64,000 bases of DNA, from assembly GCA_030390025.1 (NCBI GenBank), contig CM059432.1, forward strand, positions 4,712,001 through 4,776,000, read 5' to 3'. Position numbers and translations under genes: made by a program. The notes below the pieces were generated by a model. That model saw nothing but the letters and a program-made list of their open reading frames with translations, ran no database searches and was not told the DNA's origin. Shown here piece after piece: positions 49,200 through 62,915 of the stretch; the stretch's first letter is position 1, and each line of letters begins with the position of its first letter. Origin of the DNA: Squalus acanthias. Lineage: Eukaryota.

Positions 49200-49290
49200 C
49201 TGACGAAAGGTCATCGACCTGAAACGTTAACTCTGTTTCTCTCTCCACAGATGCTGCCTGACCTGCTGAGTATTTCCAGCATTTTCCATT
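49200..49290 (+). ncRNA. Penelope-like terminus with hammerhead core
   Basis: CTGACGA-A-AGGTC/ATC/GACCT-GAAACGTT. Confidence 0.6.
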
Positions 49291-49564
49291 TTTAGCCCAG
49301 GTTCATTTCCAAATTGCTTGAACTGTCTTCTTGCAACAAGTTCGGTGTCAGGCTTCTATTTTAATTTGCTCTTCCAGTATTATTTTAGCTGTTTGGTCTG
49401 ATCTGAGGAGACCACGTTACATTTTTCAGGGTGGCAAAAAAAAAACACCCGTGCGTGGAACATCTTAAATTTAATTGAATTAAATTTTAATTTTAAATTT
49501 AACTTATATTTTGTTTTGTTTTTCAAATTGAGCAAACTGGAGATGTCCAATTATCAAAAATATC

Positions 49565-49730
49565 AACAGAAAATGCTGGAAACACTCAGCAGGTCAGGCA
49601 GCATCTGTGGAGAGAGAGAAACAGAGTCAACGTTTCAGGTCGAAGACCCTTCGTCAGAACTGGAAAAAGTTGGAGGCGTAACAGATTTTAAGCAAGTGTG
49701 GGGCAGGGAGAGGGGGGAGAGGGGAGGAAA
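49565..49730 (-). ncRNA. Penelope-like terminus with hammerhead core (inverted partner of 49200-49290)
   Basis: Minus strand CAGTT-CTGACGA-A-GGGTC/TTC/GACCT-GAAACGTT-GACT. Confidence 0.6.
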
Positions 49731-49749
49731 GAACACCTGTGTCTTAAAT

Positions 49750-51203
49750 ATTTAGCAAGGAAGTTATGCTAAACCTTCATAAATCACTGGTTCAGCCCCA
49801 GCTGGAGTATAGGGCGCGATCTTGCCAGCCCTGGGGAGGCGGGTATGGAGGCGGGACTGCTGGGAAAATGGCAGAATCTGGGGGCAGGTACCCATCCCGC
49901 CCTCAACCCGCCTCCATGCCATCTTCCCAGGAGGCGGGTAGCCGACCCGCGCCGGGTCCCGTCTCCTGGAGGCGGGAAGGGGATTACAGCCACTTAACTG
50001 CCTGATAACAGGTAAGTTACCAGGTAGTTAAGAGGGTTATCCCCATTTTTCCAACAGAGGCGCGGGCTTCCTGACGTCGGGAAACCCCGCCAGGGTCACC
50101 GAGGCGAGCAGTGGGTCTGTGGGGGTCGGAGGGGTGCAAAAGTGCGCTGTGGAGGTAAGTGATGGGTGCAAGTGTGGAGAGGTGAGTATGTGAGCTAAGT
50201 GGAAAGTGATAGAAAATGTTTACTTACCTTTGTTTCTTCCTGCAGGCTTCAACAGTTGGGGATGTGGAGAGTCTCGCATCTCACCGGCAGAGATGACAGA
50301 TGGCTGCTGTATTCTCCGATGCAACAACCATCTAATTTCTGCTAAAGAAAGAGGTTTGATGAGTCTTGAATACAAGGACTCATCAAACAACAGAGAATGT
50401 CAGTGTTTAACAGCTTCACAGAGCTGTCAAACGATGACAATTCATCTGTCAAAAATTTTTGACAAATGAAACGTCATACGCTGACGTTCTCTGTAACTGG
50501 CTTCCCCTTAATTGGCCTGCTAAGCCCGCTGGACAGGCTTAACAAGGTCAATCAAGGGAAAATAGCGTGGGTTGGCCACAAGTCGATGGAGGCGGGACAA
50601 TGACCCGACAAGCAGCAGTCCCGCCTCCAACGCGCCCCCATTGGCAAAATCGCCCCCATAAGTGTTCAATTCTGGGCACCGCTCTTTAGGAAGGACGTCA
50701 AGGCCTTGGAGAGGGTGCGGAGGAGATTTACTAGAATGGTTCCAGGGATGAGGGACTTCAGTTATGTGGAGAGACTGGAGAAGCCGGGATTGTTCTCCTC
50801 AGAGCAGAGAAGGTTAAGGGGAGATTTAATCGAGGTGTTCGAAATAATCAGGGATTTTGAGAGTAAATAGGGTGAAACTTGTCACTGGCAGGAGGGTCAG
50901 TAACCAAAGGACACCGATTTAAGGTAATAAGTAAAAAAGCAGGGGCAGGGGGGAGACGAGGAGAAATTATTTTAAGCACGAGTTGTTACAATCTGGAATG
51001 CGCTGCCTGAAAGGGAGGTGGAAGCAGAGTCAATAGTATATTTCAATAGGGTATTAGATCCCTACTTAAAAAGCAAAAGTTTTGCAGGGCTGTGAGGAAA
51101 GAACAGGGGTGGGGAGTGGGACTAATGGGAGAGCTCTTTCAAAGAGCCGGCACAGGCACGATGGGCCGAATGGCCTCCTTCTGTGCTGTATGATTCTATG
51201 ATT
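49750..51203 (+). mobile_element. CR1 3' part split by a MITE
   Basis: LHKSLVQPQLEY before the insert; CR1 sequence and 3' UTR resume at 50658. Confidence 0.8.
49812..50657. mobile_element. MITE related to family D
   Basis: Imperfect TIR GGGCGCGATCTTGCCA...TGGCAAAATCGCCCCC; TSD ATA; interior shares blocks with 31196-32039. Confidence 0.85.
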
Positions 51204-51479
51204 AACATTCCAGTCCTTATGAGGAAACTATTTATGTTGCAATTCTTTGAACTGAAAGCTGATTTTGATTTGCAAAACAACCCCAGTCTTCTTATTGTGA
51301 GAACATTTCTTCAAGATAGAAATTGATTTCAACTGACAGCTGACTATAATTGCACACTCTCTCAAGCAAACACAACTACATAAATACCACCCTATATGAA
51401 AAGGATATGATTTTTCTCCAGAATAGCTAACTTCATAGGGGATGGATTTTCTCCAGCAGACTGACGTCTTTCCTTATTG

Positions 51480-52270
51480 TGTCAGCCAGTGGTTCAGTGG
51501 GCAGCACTCTCGCTTCTGAGTTCACAGAATCCCCACAGTGCAGATAGAGGCCATTTCGGCCCATCGAGCCTGCACCGACACATATCCCACCCTATCCCCG
51601 TAACCCCATGTATTTAATCCCCCTAACACAATTTATCCTAGCCAAATCAACCTAACCTGCACATCTTTGGACTGTGGGAGGAAACCGGAGCACCCGGAGG
51701 AAACCCACGCAGACACGGGGAGAATGTGCAAACTCCACACAGACAGTCACCCGAGGTCAGATTCGAACCCGGGTCCCTGGCGCTGTGAGGCAACAGTGCT
51801 AACCACTATGCCACCGTGTTGCCCTAATGATGAAGGTTGTGGGTTCAAGACCCACTCCAGAGACTTGAGCAAAAAAAAATCTAGACTGACACTCCAGTGC
51901 AGTACTGAGGGGGTGCCACACTGTCGGAGGTGCCGTCTTTCGGATGAGACGTTTAAACTGCGGGCCCCGTCTGCCCCCTCAGGTGGACGCAAGAGATACC
52001 GTGGCCACTGTTTCAAAGAAGAGCAGGGGAGTTCTCCCCGGTGTCCTGGGCCAATATTTATCCCTCAATCAACATCACTAAAAAAAAAAATGATGATCTG
52101 GTCATTATCACATTGCTGTTTGTGGGAGCTTGCTGTGCGCAAATTGGCTGCCGCGTTTCCCACATTACAACAGTGACTACACTTCAAAAAGTACTTCATT
52201 GGCTGTAAAGTGCTTTGAGACGGCCTGAGGTTGTGAAAGGCGCTATAGAAAGGCAAGTCTTTCTTTCTTA
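51480..52270 (+). mobile_element. DeuSINE interrupted by an HE1-type SINE
   Basis: Head at 51480-51522 resumes at about 51832 (GAAGGTTGTGGGTTCAAG). Confidence 0.85.
51523..51825 (-). mobile_element. HE1-type V-SINE
   Basis: tRNA head, then V-domain GTGTGGAGTTTGCACATTCTCCCCGTGTCTGCGTGGGTTTCCTCCGGGTGCTCCGGTTTCCTCCCAC, then CR1-like tail. Confidence 0.85.
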
Positions 52271-52671
52271 TTAGTCAAAAGATGGAGATTTTAAATGTGC
52301 TCAATGGACATTTTTATAGTGCTTTATTTGATCTCTCAGAAACATTTACTGCACAAGATGCCACAATGAGAAATGAGTGAAAGAACAAATTTATGGATGT
52401 TTTGGTTGAGATGGGAGTATGATCAGAACACTGGTGAAGTTCCCTATTCTTCAGATAGAGCCATGGGATTTTAACAGCAGTCAGATATCTCATCGGAACG
52501 ACAGGGATCCCTCAGTAGTGCACTAGTGTATCAGCCTGCTTTGTGTGCACTGGGATCTGAACCAGCAACTTTCTGACTTAAATGTGCTACCAACTGAACC
52601 AAGTTGACGCACCCTTAGCTGCAGGCCTTTTGTGAATCTGCTTTACAACAGCAACACCTGTTTGCACCTCG

Positions 52672-53090
52672 GAGTCATGAAGGTCGTGGGTTCAATCCCA
52701 CTCCAGAGACTTGAGCGCAAAAAAAAATCTAGGCTGACATTCCCAGTGCAGTGCTGAGGGAGCGCTGCACTGTCAGAGGTGGCGTCTTTCAGATGAGACG
52801 TTGAACCAACGCTTGCTCTCTCAGGTGGACGTAAAAGATCCCACGGCACGATATCAAAGAAGAGTAGGGGAGTTCTCCCCGGTGTCCTGGCCAATATTTA
52901 CCCCTCAATCAACATCACTAAAAACAGATTATCTGGTCATTATTGGGAGCTTGCTGCGCACAAATTGGCTGCCGCGTTTCCCACATTACAACAGTGACTG
53001 CTCTTCAAAATGTACTTCATTGGCTGTAAAGCGCTTTGGGACGTCCTGAGGTCGTGAAAGGCGCTGGAGAAATGCAAGTCTTCCTTTCTT
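52672..53090 (+). mobile_element. DeuSINE
   Basis: B-box, Deu core and tail. Confidence 0.85.
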
Positions 53091-53759
53091 TTAATCGATC
53101 ACCATCACTGCAAAGAAGCCTTACTGATGAGAGAACTGTGCAAAAAATGTTTCTCAAGCTACTGATGCCCAGCAGTTTGAAAGCATAACCTGCTGGAACA
53201 CAGATACAGGTCAGCCACAATCTCATTGAATGGCGCAAGAGGCTTGAGGGGCTGAATGGCCTCGTCCTGTTCCTACGTTCCTCTGCTGCTTGCACAGTGC
53301 AAGTGCTGATGAGTAAGCATTCTGTTGTGTCAACATTTCATTTTTGGTTTTGCATTGTTCAAATAAAGCAACTATTCTTGGCCAGACTTTCAGCGGAGGC
53401 AATGTCCAAAGGTTAGGTACTTCCCCCCTCAAGCCAGAGGGAAAATCATCAGGTGATTCACCCAGTAATTAAAGTGCAATTTTTTAAGAAGCGGTTCTAC
53501 ATTGCTTATCAATAATGTTCAGCTATTGCACAGAATCTGTGCCAATGTTTCCTTATGTGTCTCGGTGTCAGATTTTATTTGATAAACGCTCCTGTGAAGC
53601 GCCTTGGGACGTTTCACTATGTTAAAGGCGCTATATAAATGCAAGTTGTTGTTGTTGTAGGGATATCATTCTGCAGTTCCTACAGCGTTACATCTAGTGG
53701 CAATAATTATTTGGGTCGGAGAGGTTAGCCATGCCCCCTCGACCCCATTGATAAGAAGC

Positions 53760-54125
53760 AGTGTGTACCATCTACAAGATGCACTGCAGCAACTCGCCAA
53801 GGCTTCTTCGGCAGCACCTCCCAAACCCGCGACCTCTACCGCCTAGAAGGACAAGGGCAGCAGGCGCATGGGAACACCACCACCTCCAAGTTCCCTTCCA
53901 AGTCACACACCATCCCGACTTGGAAATATATCGCCATTCCTTCATCGTCGATGGGTCAAAATCCTGGAACTCCCTCCCTGACAGCACTGTGGGAGCACCT
54001 TCACCACACGGACTGCAGCGGTTCAAGAAGGCGGCTCACCACCACCTTCTGAAGGGCAATTAGGGATGGGCAATAAATGCTGGCTTTGCCAGCGACGCCC
54101 ACATCCCACGATCGAATAAAAAAAC
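53760..54125 (+). mobile_element. 3' fragment of the LINE family at 18345-21476
   Basis: CTIYKMHCSNSPRLLRQHLP...HHHLLKGN plus tail. Confidence 0.85.
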
Positions 54126-54477
54126 TTCAGGTTCCTGATGGGTTTTAAAGGGGACTGGAGTATTTTTTTGGGAGCATAATTCAGTTGCAGATATTTTGTG
54201 GTAGATTTGAGACAATAGACTCTAAGAATCCGTTTCACTCTGTTCACTGCCTCAAATTCGGCCCCCCCCCCCCACCCCCCCGCACGCACCCAAAAATGAG
54301 TGGTTTCAAAGTAAAATCCAGGCCTCTTTTTAATTGGAGACCGTTCACTTTCACTATGAACCCTGGGATAGTTTCACAGTAATGGAGGTTTCTTACTTTC
54401 TCACGCTGAAGAATACAGGTCAAATTATAGGAATTAGAACCATAGATTGATACAGCACAGAAGGAGGCCTCGAGACT

Positions 54478-55045
54478 TGACTATTCCAATGCACTCCTGG
54501 CCGGCCTCCCACGTCCTACCCTCCATAAACTTGAGGTCAACCAAAACTCTGCCGCCTGTGTGCCAAGTCCTGTTCGCCCATCACCCCTGTGCTCACCGAC
54601 CGACATTGGCTCCCAGTTAAGCAGCGCCTCGATTTTGACATTTTCATCCTTGATTTCAAATCCCTCCCTGGCCTCACCCTCCCTCCCTATCTCTGTAATC
54701 TCCTCCAGCCCTATAACCCCCCCCCCCCACTTAGACCTCTGCGCTCCACCAATTCTGGCCTCTTGAGCATCCCCCGATTTCCATCGCTCCACCACTGGCG
54801 GCCGTGCCTTCAGCTGCCTCGGTTCCTGAGCTCTGGAATTCCCTCCCTAAACCTCTCCGCCTCTCTCCCCTCCTTTAAAATTCTCCTTAAAACCCACCTC
54901 TTTGACCAAGCTTTTGGTCACCTGTCCTGATATCTCCTTATATATGGTTCGGTATCAATTTTCTTTTGACATAATCGCTCCTGTGAAGCGCCTTGGGAGG
55001 TTTGATTACATTAAAGGCGCTATATAAATACAAGTTGTTGTTGTG
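54478..55045 (+). mobile_element. L2-type LINE 3' fragment
   Basis: HWLPVKQRLDF...SFKILLKTHLFDQAF plus TTG-repeat tail. Confidence 0.8.
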
Positions 55046-55294
55046 TTGCCGGCTCTTTGAACGAGCTCCCCAATTAGCCGCACTCCCCCCTGCTCTTTCC
55101 CCATAGTCCTGCAAATTTTTCCTTTTCAAATATTTATCCAATTCCCTTTTTGAAAGTTACTGTTGAATCTGCTTCCACCGCCCTTTCAGGCAGCGCGTTC
55201 CAGATCACAACAACTCGCGGCATGAAATTTTTTTTCATGAATTCCCCTCTCGTTCTTTTGCCACAAACCCAGTTCTTTTGCTGAGTTCTCTGCA

Positions 55295-55765
55295 TGAAAG
55301 AAAGAAAGACTTGCATTTCTATCGCGCATTTCACGACCTCAGGATGTCCCAAAGCGCTTTACAGCCAATGAAGTACTTTTGAAGTACAGTCACTGCTGTA
55401 ATGTGGGAAACGCAGGCAGCCAATTTGCGCGCAGCAAGCTCCCACAAACAGCAATGTGATAATGACCAGATCATCTGCTTTTAGTGATGTTGGTTGAGGG
55501 ATAAATATTGGCCCCAGGACACCGGGGTTAACTCCCCTGCTCTTCTTCGAAATCGTGCCGTGGGATCTGTTACATCCACCTGAGAGGGCAGACGGGGCCT
55601 CGGTTTAACGTCTCATCCGAAAGACGGCACCTCCGACAGTGCAGCACTCCCTCAGCACTGCACTGGGAGTGTCAGCCTAGATTTTTGCGCTCAGGTCTCG
55701 TGGAGTGGGACTTGAACCCATGACCTTCTGACTCAGAGGGGAGGGTAACTAAACCGTGGCTGATT
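55295..55765 (-). mobile_element. DeuSINE (near complete)
   Basis: Head, Deu core and tail. Confidence 0.85.
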
Positions 55766-56524
55766 CCTTACCACACTGCAAAGTTACCTAGATATACGGG
55801 CGAGAAAGCAGTCCCTGGGACGTAGCCCCGTAGTAATCTGACATCGAAGCCAAAAAGAAATCTAGAGTAGAAAAAGCAGGATAACCCAAAACAACAGTAA
55901 AGAAGGTAAGAACTGGCATTGACCGAGCAGCTTTCACATCCTCAGGATGTCCCACAGCACTGTACAGCCAATGAAATCACTTCACAGTCACCTTGGGGGT
56001 TCGTAAGCAAAGTGGCAGCCGATTTGCGCATAGCAAGATCCCGCAAACAACAATGAGATCACTGACAAGTTCATCTGGACGGCATTGGTTGAGGGGAAAA
56101 GTGCCAGGAGAGCTTCCCTGTTTTCTTCAGTTAGTGCCCTGTCCACCTGAGAGGGCAGATGAAGCCTTGGTTCAACACTTCATTCGAAAGGTTGCACCTC
56201 CAAAAATGCACGAATGCACGAAAGTGGCAGCCTGGATAATGGACTCATACCCTGGACTGGGTCTTGAAACTATGACCAACTGACTTGGAAGCAACAGTGC
56301 TACCACTGAGCCAAGACTCACACTGTGCTGTTCACTCCCAATTTACATACAAATGGCAAATTTTTAGGGTTATATAGTATTGCATAGTATTGACAGCACA
56401 GAAACAGGCCATTCGGCCCAACTGGTCCGTGCCGGCGTTTATGCTCCACACGAGCCTCCTCCCACCCTACTTCATCTAAGCCCATCAACATATCCTTCTG
56501 TTCCTTTCTCCCTCATGTCAGTTC

Positions 56525-56990
56525 TGTCAGCTGTGGCTCGGTGGGTAGCACTCAGTCAGAAGGTTGTGGGTTCAAGTCCCACTCCAGAAATTTGAGCACG
56601 AAAATCTAGGCTGACACTCCAGTGCTGTGCTGAGGGAGTGCTGCACTGTTGGAGGTGCCGTCTTTCGGATGAGACGTTAAACCGAGGCCCCCTCTGCCCT
56701 CTCGGGTGGACGTAAAAGATCCCATGGACACTATTTGGAAGAAGAGCAGGGGAGTCATCCCCGGTGTCTTGGCCAATATTTGTCCCTCAATCAACATCAC
56801 TCAAACAGATTATCTGATCATTATCACATTGCTGTTTGTGGGAGCTTGCTGTGTGCAAATTGGCTGCTGCGTTTCCCACATTACAACAGTGACTGCACTT
56901 CAAAAAGTACTTCATTGGCTGTAAAGCACTTTGGGACATCCTGAGGTCGTGAAAGGTGCTATAGAAATGCAAGTCTTTCTTTCTTTTCAT
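56525..56990 (+). mobile_element. DeuSINE (near complete)
   Basis: Head, Deu core and tail. Confidence 0.85.
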
Positions 56991-57977
56991 GTGCTTTACA
57001 TAGGATTACATCAGATATACGGCACAGAAACAGGCCATTCAGCCCAACCAGTCCATGCCGGTGTTTATGCTCTACTCGAGCCTCCTCCTGTCTTTCCTCC
57101 TCTAAATCTATCAGCATAATCCTCTATTCCCTTCTCCCTCATATGTTCCCTAGCCTCCGCTTAAATGCATCTATACTATTCGCTTCAACCATTCCCTGTG
57201 GTAGCGAGTTCCACATTCTCGCCACTCTCTGGGTAAAGAAGTTTCTTCTGAATTCCCTATTGGATTTCTTGGTGACCATCTTAGATTGATTTATCTAGCT
57301 CCTGCTTATAAACTCCCCTTTGAAGTGGAATGAATGCTAAATTGATTCCAATACGAACAATGGGAGGATGTGGTCAACCCCGATGAGCAATGGGCCTATT
57401 CAGCTGCAAGGCCCGAAAATAATAAATGTCGCAAGTATGAAGAGGATGTTGTATTGAGGCGTGGCTGGTTTCAATTCCACAAAGCTGTGAGGCAACATAA
57501 CTAGCATGCGGATTGTCTTGCAAGATTTACGCAGAGAATTTTTATGAAACTGCCCAAGTTGGTTTCTCTGACTCGCTTTAGTCACATTGAAAAATGAAAC
57601 GATAGAGGGGGAGTTTTAACTCCTTCCGCCTTGTGGAAACTGAGCAGATCGTATTGGCCGCATGTAGGGGCCCCACTATTCCGGGCCCGGGTGGGGATGA
57701 TCAGGTAATTCCCTCGGCTATCTCGCCTGGAGGCCACACTGCTATTAAGTGACTAGGATTGATTTTATACATATAATTTGCATTATCTAACTATCCTCCA
57801 TTCGCTGCATTTTTGCTTGAGAAATAATCCTGTCTTTTATCGGGTTAACGTTGCTTTAGTTTCGGTCATGAGTTCTGTTTTACTGTAATTTGTAGGGACT
57901 CTTTTTAAATAGACTCTGTAGACTGTTTGTTGTTGAAGCAGACTGTGCTGAGTAAATAGACTCTGTTTGCTGTGAGT

Positions 57978-60900
57978 TTTTTTTTATTTGTTTATGGGAT
58001 GTGGGTGTCGCTGGCAATGCCAGCATTTATTGCCCATCCCTAGTTGCCCTTGAGAAGGTGGTGGTGAACCGCCATCTTGAACCGCTGCAGTCCATGTGGT
58101 GAAGGTACTCCCACAGTGCTGTTAGGGAGGGGGTTCCAGCATTTTGACCCAGCGACGATGAAGGAACGGCGATATACTTCTAACTCAGGATGGTGTGTGA
58201 CTTGGAGGGGAACATGCAGGTGATGGTGTTCCCATGCGTCGCTGCCCTTATCCTTCTAGGTGGTAGAGATCGCGGGTTTGGGTGGTGCTGCCGAAGAAGC
58301 CTTGGCGAGTTGCTGCAGTGCATCTTGTAGATTGTAGACACTGCAGCCACGGTATGCCGGTGGTGGAGGTAGTGAATGTTTAAGGTGGTGGATGGGGTGC
58401 CAATCAAGCAGGCTGCTTTGTCTTGGATGGTGTCGCGTTTCTTGAGAGTTATTGGAGCTGCACTCATCCAGGCAAGTGGAGAGTATCCCATCACACTCCT
58501 GACTTGCGCCTTGCAGATGGTGGAAAGGCTTTGGGGAGTCAGGAAGTGAGACACTCACCGCAGAATACATAAGAACATAAGAACATAGGAAATAGGAACA
58601 GGAGTAGGCCATTCCGCCCTTCGAGCCTGCTCCGCCATTCAATGAGATCAGGGCTGATCTTCTGCCTCAACTCCATTCACCGGCCCTATCGCCATATCCC
58701 TTGATGCCCTTACTAGTCAGAAATCTATCGACTTCTGTTTTGAATATACCCAATGACTGAGCCTCCACAGCCCTCTGGGGTAGATAATTCCAAAGATTCA
58801 CCACCCTCTGTGTGAAGAAATTTCTTCTCATCTCAGTCCTGAATGGCCTACACTTTATCTTGAGGCTGTGGCCCCTGGTTCTAGACTCCCCAGCCAAGGG
58901 AAACATTCTCCCAGCATACATCCTATCAAGCCCTGTAACAATTTTGTATGCTTCAATGAGATCCCCTCTCATTCTTCTGAATTCAAGAGAATACAGGCCT
59001 AGTTTACTCAATCTCTTCTCATACGACAGACCCGCCATCCCAGGAATCAATCTCGTGAACCTTCGTTGCACTCCCTCTATGGCAAGTATATCCTTCCTTA
59101 GGTAAGGAGACCAAAATTGTACACAGTACTCCAGGTGTGGTCTCACCAAGGCCCTATATAATTGGAGTAAGACTTCTTTACTCCTGTACTCAAATCCTCT
59201 TGTAATGAAGGCCAGCATACCATTTGCCTTCCTAATGGCTTGCTGCACCTGCACATTCACTTTCAGTGACTCATGTACAAGGACACCCAGGTCCCTTTGA
59301 GCATCTGCATTCCCCAATCTTTCACCATTTAGGAAATACTCTGCCTTTCTGTTTTTTCTACCAAAGTGGATAACTTCACATTTATCCACATTATATTCCA
59401 TCTGCCATGTTCTCGCCCACTCACTGAGCCTGTCGAGATCCCCTTGAAGCCTCTTCACATCCTCTTCGCAACTGACACTGCCACCTCACTATGTATCATC
59501 AGCAAATTTGGAAATGTTACATTTAGTCCCCTCATCCAAATCATTGATATAGATTGTGAATAGCTGGTGCCCAAGGACCGATCCTTGCGGTACCCCACTA
59601 GTCACAGCCTGCCATCCTGAAAAAGACCCGTTTATCCCTACTCTTTGTTTTCTGTCTGTTAACCAATTCTCAATCCATGCTAGTATATTACCCCCAATTC
59701 CATGTGCCCTAATTTTGTTCACCAACCTCTTGTGTGGGACCTTATCGAAGGCCTTCTGAAAATCCAGATACACCACATCTACCAGTTTCCCTTTGTCTAC
59801 TCCACTAGTTACATCCTCAAAGAACTCCAATAGGTTTGTTAAACAGGATTTCCCTTTCATAAATCCATGTTGACTCTGCCCAATCTTACTATTAGTTTCT
59901 AAGTGCCCAGTTATTGCACCCTTTATAATAGATTCCAGCATTTTCCCAACTACTGATGTGAGGCTAACAGGTCTGTAGTTCCCCGTTTTCTCTCTCCCTC
60001 CTTTCTTAAATAGCGGGGTTACATTTGCTATCCTCCAATCTGCAGAAACCATTCCAGAATCTATACAATTTTGGAAGATGACAACCAATGCGTCCACTAT
60101 CCTAATGATCACCTCTTTCAAAACCTTAGGATGTAGGTCATCCGGTCCTTGGATTTATCGACTTTTAATCCCATTAATTTTGCTAGTACTGTTTTTTTAC
60201 TAATAATAATTTCTTTAAGTTCCTCATTCTCGTCACACCCTTGGTTTTCTCATATTTCTGGGAGGTTTTTTGTGTCTTCCTCCGTGAAGACAGAAACAAA
60301 GTATTTATTTAATTTCTCAGCCATTTCCTCATTCCCCATTATAAATTCTCCCGTCTCTGACTGTAAAGGACCTACATTTACCTTCGCCAGTCTTTTTCTT
60401 TTCATATACCTATAGAAGCTTTTACAATCTGTTTTTATATTTTTCGCTAGTTTGTGCTCATATTCCATTTTCCCTTTCTTTATCAATTTCTTGGTCCCCC
60501 TTTGCTGATTTCTAAAAAGATCCCAATCCTCAGGCTGACCACTTTTTCTGGCAACTTTATAAGCTTCCTCCTTTGACTTAATACTAGCTTTAATTTCTTT
60601 TGTTAGCCATGGTTGGATTACTTTTCCTTTTGGGTTTTTATGCCCTAGAAGTATATATGTTTGTTGCAAATTATGCATTATTTCCTTGAATGTTAGCCAT
60701 TGTATGTCCACCTTCATACCTTTTAGTGTAGTCTCCCAATCTACCGTGGCCAACTTGTCCCTCATACCCTTGTAGTTTCCTCTGTTTAGATTGAAGACCT
60801 TAGTTTCAGATTGGACCACATCACTCTCAAACTTAATGTAAAATTCAATCATATTATGGTCACTTGTCACTAAAGGCCCCTTTACGACAAGATTATTGAT

Positions 60901-61520
60901 TAGCCCTTTCTCATTACACAGTACCAGATCCAGAATAGCCTGTTCCCTGGTTGGTTCCTCCACATACTGATCCAGGAAACCATCTCGCATGCATTCCAAT
61001 AATTCGTCCTCCACACCATTAGTGGTAATTTGATTTGCCCAGTCAATATGTAGATTAAAGTCCCCCATGATTACCGTATTGCCCTTGTTACATGCACTTC
61101 TAATCTCTTGATTGATACTGTGCCCTACATTACCACTACTGTTTGGTGGCCTATACACAACTCCCACCAATGTTTTCCACCCTTTGCTGTTTCTTAGCTC
61201 CACCCAAACTGATTCCAATTCTACATCAGGATCTGCCAAGCCAAGATCTTTTATCTCTACTGTACCGATCTCATCCCTTATTAACAGCGCTACACTAGCC
61301 TCTGACCTGCTCTTGTTGCCATAGTATTTATGTGGCTGGTCCAGTTAAGTTTCTGGTCAATGCTGACCTCCAGGGTGTTGATGGTGGGGGGGATTCGGCG
61401 ATGGTAATGCCGTTGAATGCCAAGGGGAGGTAGTTAGACTCTCGTTTGTTGGAGATGGTCATTGCCTGGCACTTGTGTGGCGCGAATGTTACCCGTCACT
61501 TATCAGCCCAAGCCTGAGCA
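57978..61520 (-). mobile_element. LINE (family of 18345-21476) split by a CR1: parts about 57978-58567 and 61296-61520
   Basis: Sequence ...CGCAGAATAC|...CTAGCCTCTGACCTGCTC resumes across the CR1. Confidence 0.8.
58568..61295 (-). mobile_element. 5'-truncated CR1 ORF2 (APE part + RT)
   Basis: ORFs 60250-61239, 59489-60121 and 58667-59458. Confidence 0.93.
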
Positions 61521-61672
61521 TCGTCCAGGTCCTGCCATAAGTCCTGCCCCATCTCCAACTCGCTGGCCGCTCGCAAACACTGGTTCAAATCGAGCGGCTC
61601 TATTGCCGGCTTCCTGTTCACCTCGCCGCAGGTTCAGCCCTGCTTTATTTTGCCGGAGCGCTCGGGGGCTTG

Positions 61673-62893
61673 GCCTGACCCTGCTCACTCGTGCGCGTTA
61701 TTAACATATGCAAATTGGTGTCCAATGACCCACTGGCGTCTTAACAGAACACTGAGAGCCCTTTGGGCATCCCACAACTGCTGCCACGCATGTTCCCCCC
61801 GCCCGGCTTCCCTCCCTCTAGGGGGAGTTAAAATTCCCCCCCTTAGATTTTTGTTAACCAAAGGTATTGAGGGATGTGGGGCAAAGGCGGGTGGATGGAG
61901 TTAGGCCGCAGAACAGCCATGATCTCACTGAATGGCGGAGCAGGTTCTAGGGGCCGAATGGCCTCCTCCTGTTCCGATGTTCCCCTAACATTCAAGGCCA
62001 GCTTTTGCCAAGGGAAGTGTATTTTTGTCTCGGACATAAAATGGCTTCCTTGACACAAAGAGTGATACAAAATGGCCGACTCTGACTTGTTTGGGAAAAG
62101 ATAAAGTTGTTTATGACTTCTCATGGAGATGAATTTAAACTTTGCAGACTATGTTGTTTTCATAGTCTGCTAGTACAGAAAAAAAAGGGCTTCTTCTAAT
62201 CAACTTGAGATAACCAAGGACTAGTGAAGTAAACAGCCAGCTGCCTTGGCCTTGGTGGGAGAAGAAGAACAGATAGACAGACTCCATGACTGTAGAGATT
62301 AGCTAGTCTCATCGTAAGGCATTTCTATTTTTTTAACTTTTAATTTAGCTTACCTTAAACAACATGTCATGTGATATGGAAAGCTTGTATTTTCAGTGTA
62401 TAAGGATGTTCCATTTTCTGTGATTTTTCAGAGTGTCATCATAGCCATTGACTGCAGTGCATTCTCCTTGCAAGCAAGTAAATAATAAAGCCTGTCTTTG
62501 ACGATACTTTATGTTTCAAGAGTCTTACTCGGAAGTCGAAACTTCGACAGCCTGACCCTGCTCACTCGTGCGCGTTATTAACATATGCAAATTGGTGTCC
62601 AATGACCCAATGGCATCTTAACAGGACACTGAGAGCCCTTTGGGCATCCCACAACCGCTGCCACGCATGTTCCCCCCGCCTGGCTTCCCTCCCTCTAGGG
62701 GGAGTTAAAATTCCCCCCCTTAGATTTTTGTTAACCAAAGGTATTGAGGGATGTGGGGCAAAGGCGGGTGGATGGAGTTAGGCCGCAGAACAGCCATGAT
62801 CTCACTGAATGGCGGAGCAGGTTCGAGGGGCCGAATGGCCTCCTCCTATTCCGATGTTCCCCTAACATTCAAGGCCAGCTTTTGCCAAGGGAA
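61673..62893. repeat. 344-bp direct duplication (61673-62016 and 62550-62893) around an LTR-like fragment
   Basis: Both copies run GCCTGACCCTGCTCAC...TTTTGCCAAGGGAA with about 7 substitutions. Confidence 0.92.
62017..62549 (+). mobile_element. LTR-like 3' fragment
   Basis: TATA-like GTATAAGG at about 62398, AATAAA at about 62484, ends ...ACTTCGACA. Confidence 0.5.
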
Positions 62894-62915
62894 CTCAATC
62901 GAATCAGTCGCAGTG

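Noticed and set aside
51740..51825. tRNA-like sequence with A and B boxes
   Set aside because: SINE head continuing into a V-domain; other tRNA-like hits are also SINE heads or the 18-nt PBS
57400..57600. Possible short host exon
   Set aside because: Short frames with stops and no convincing splice-site pair
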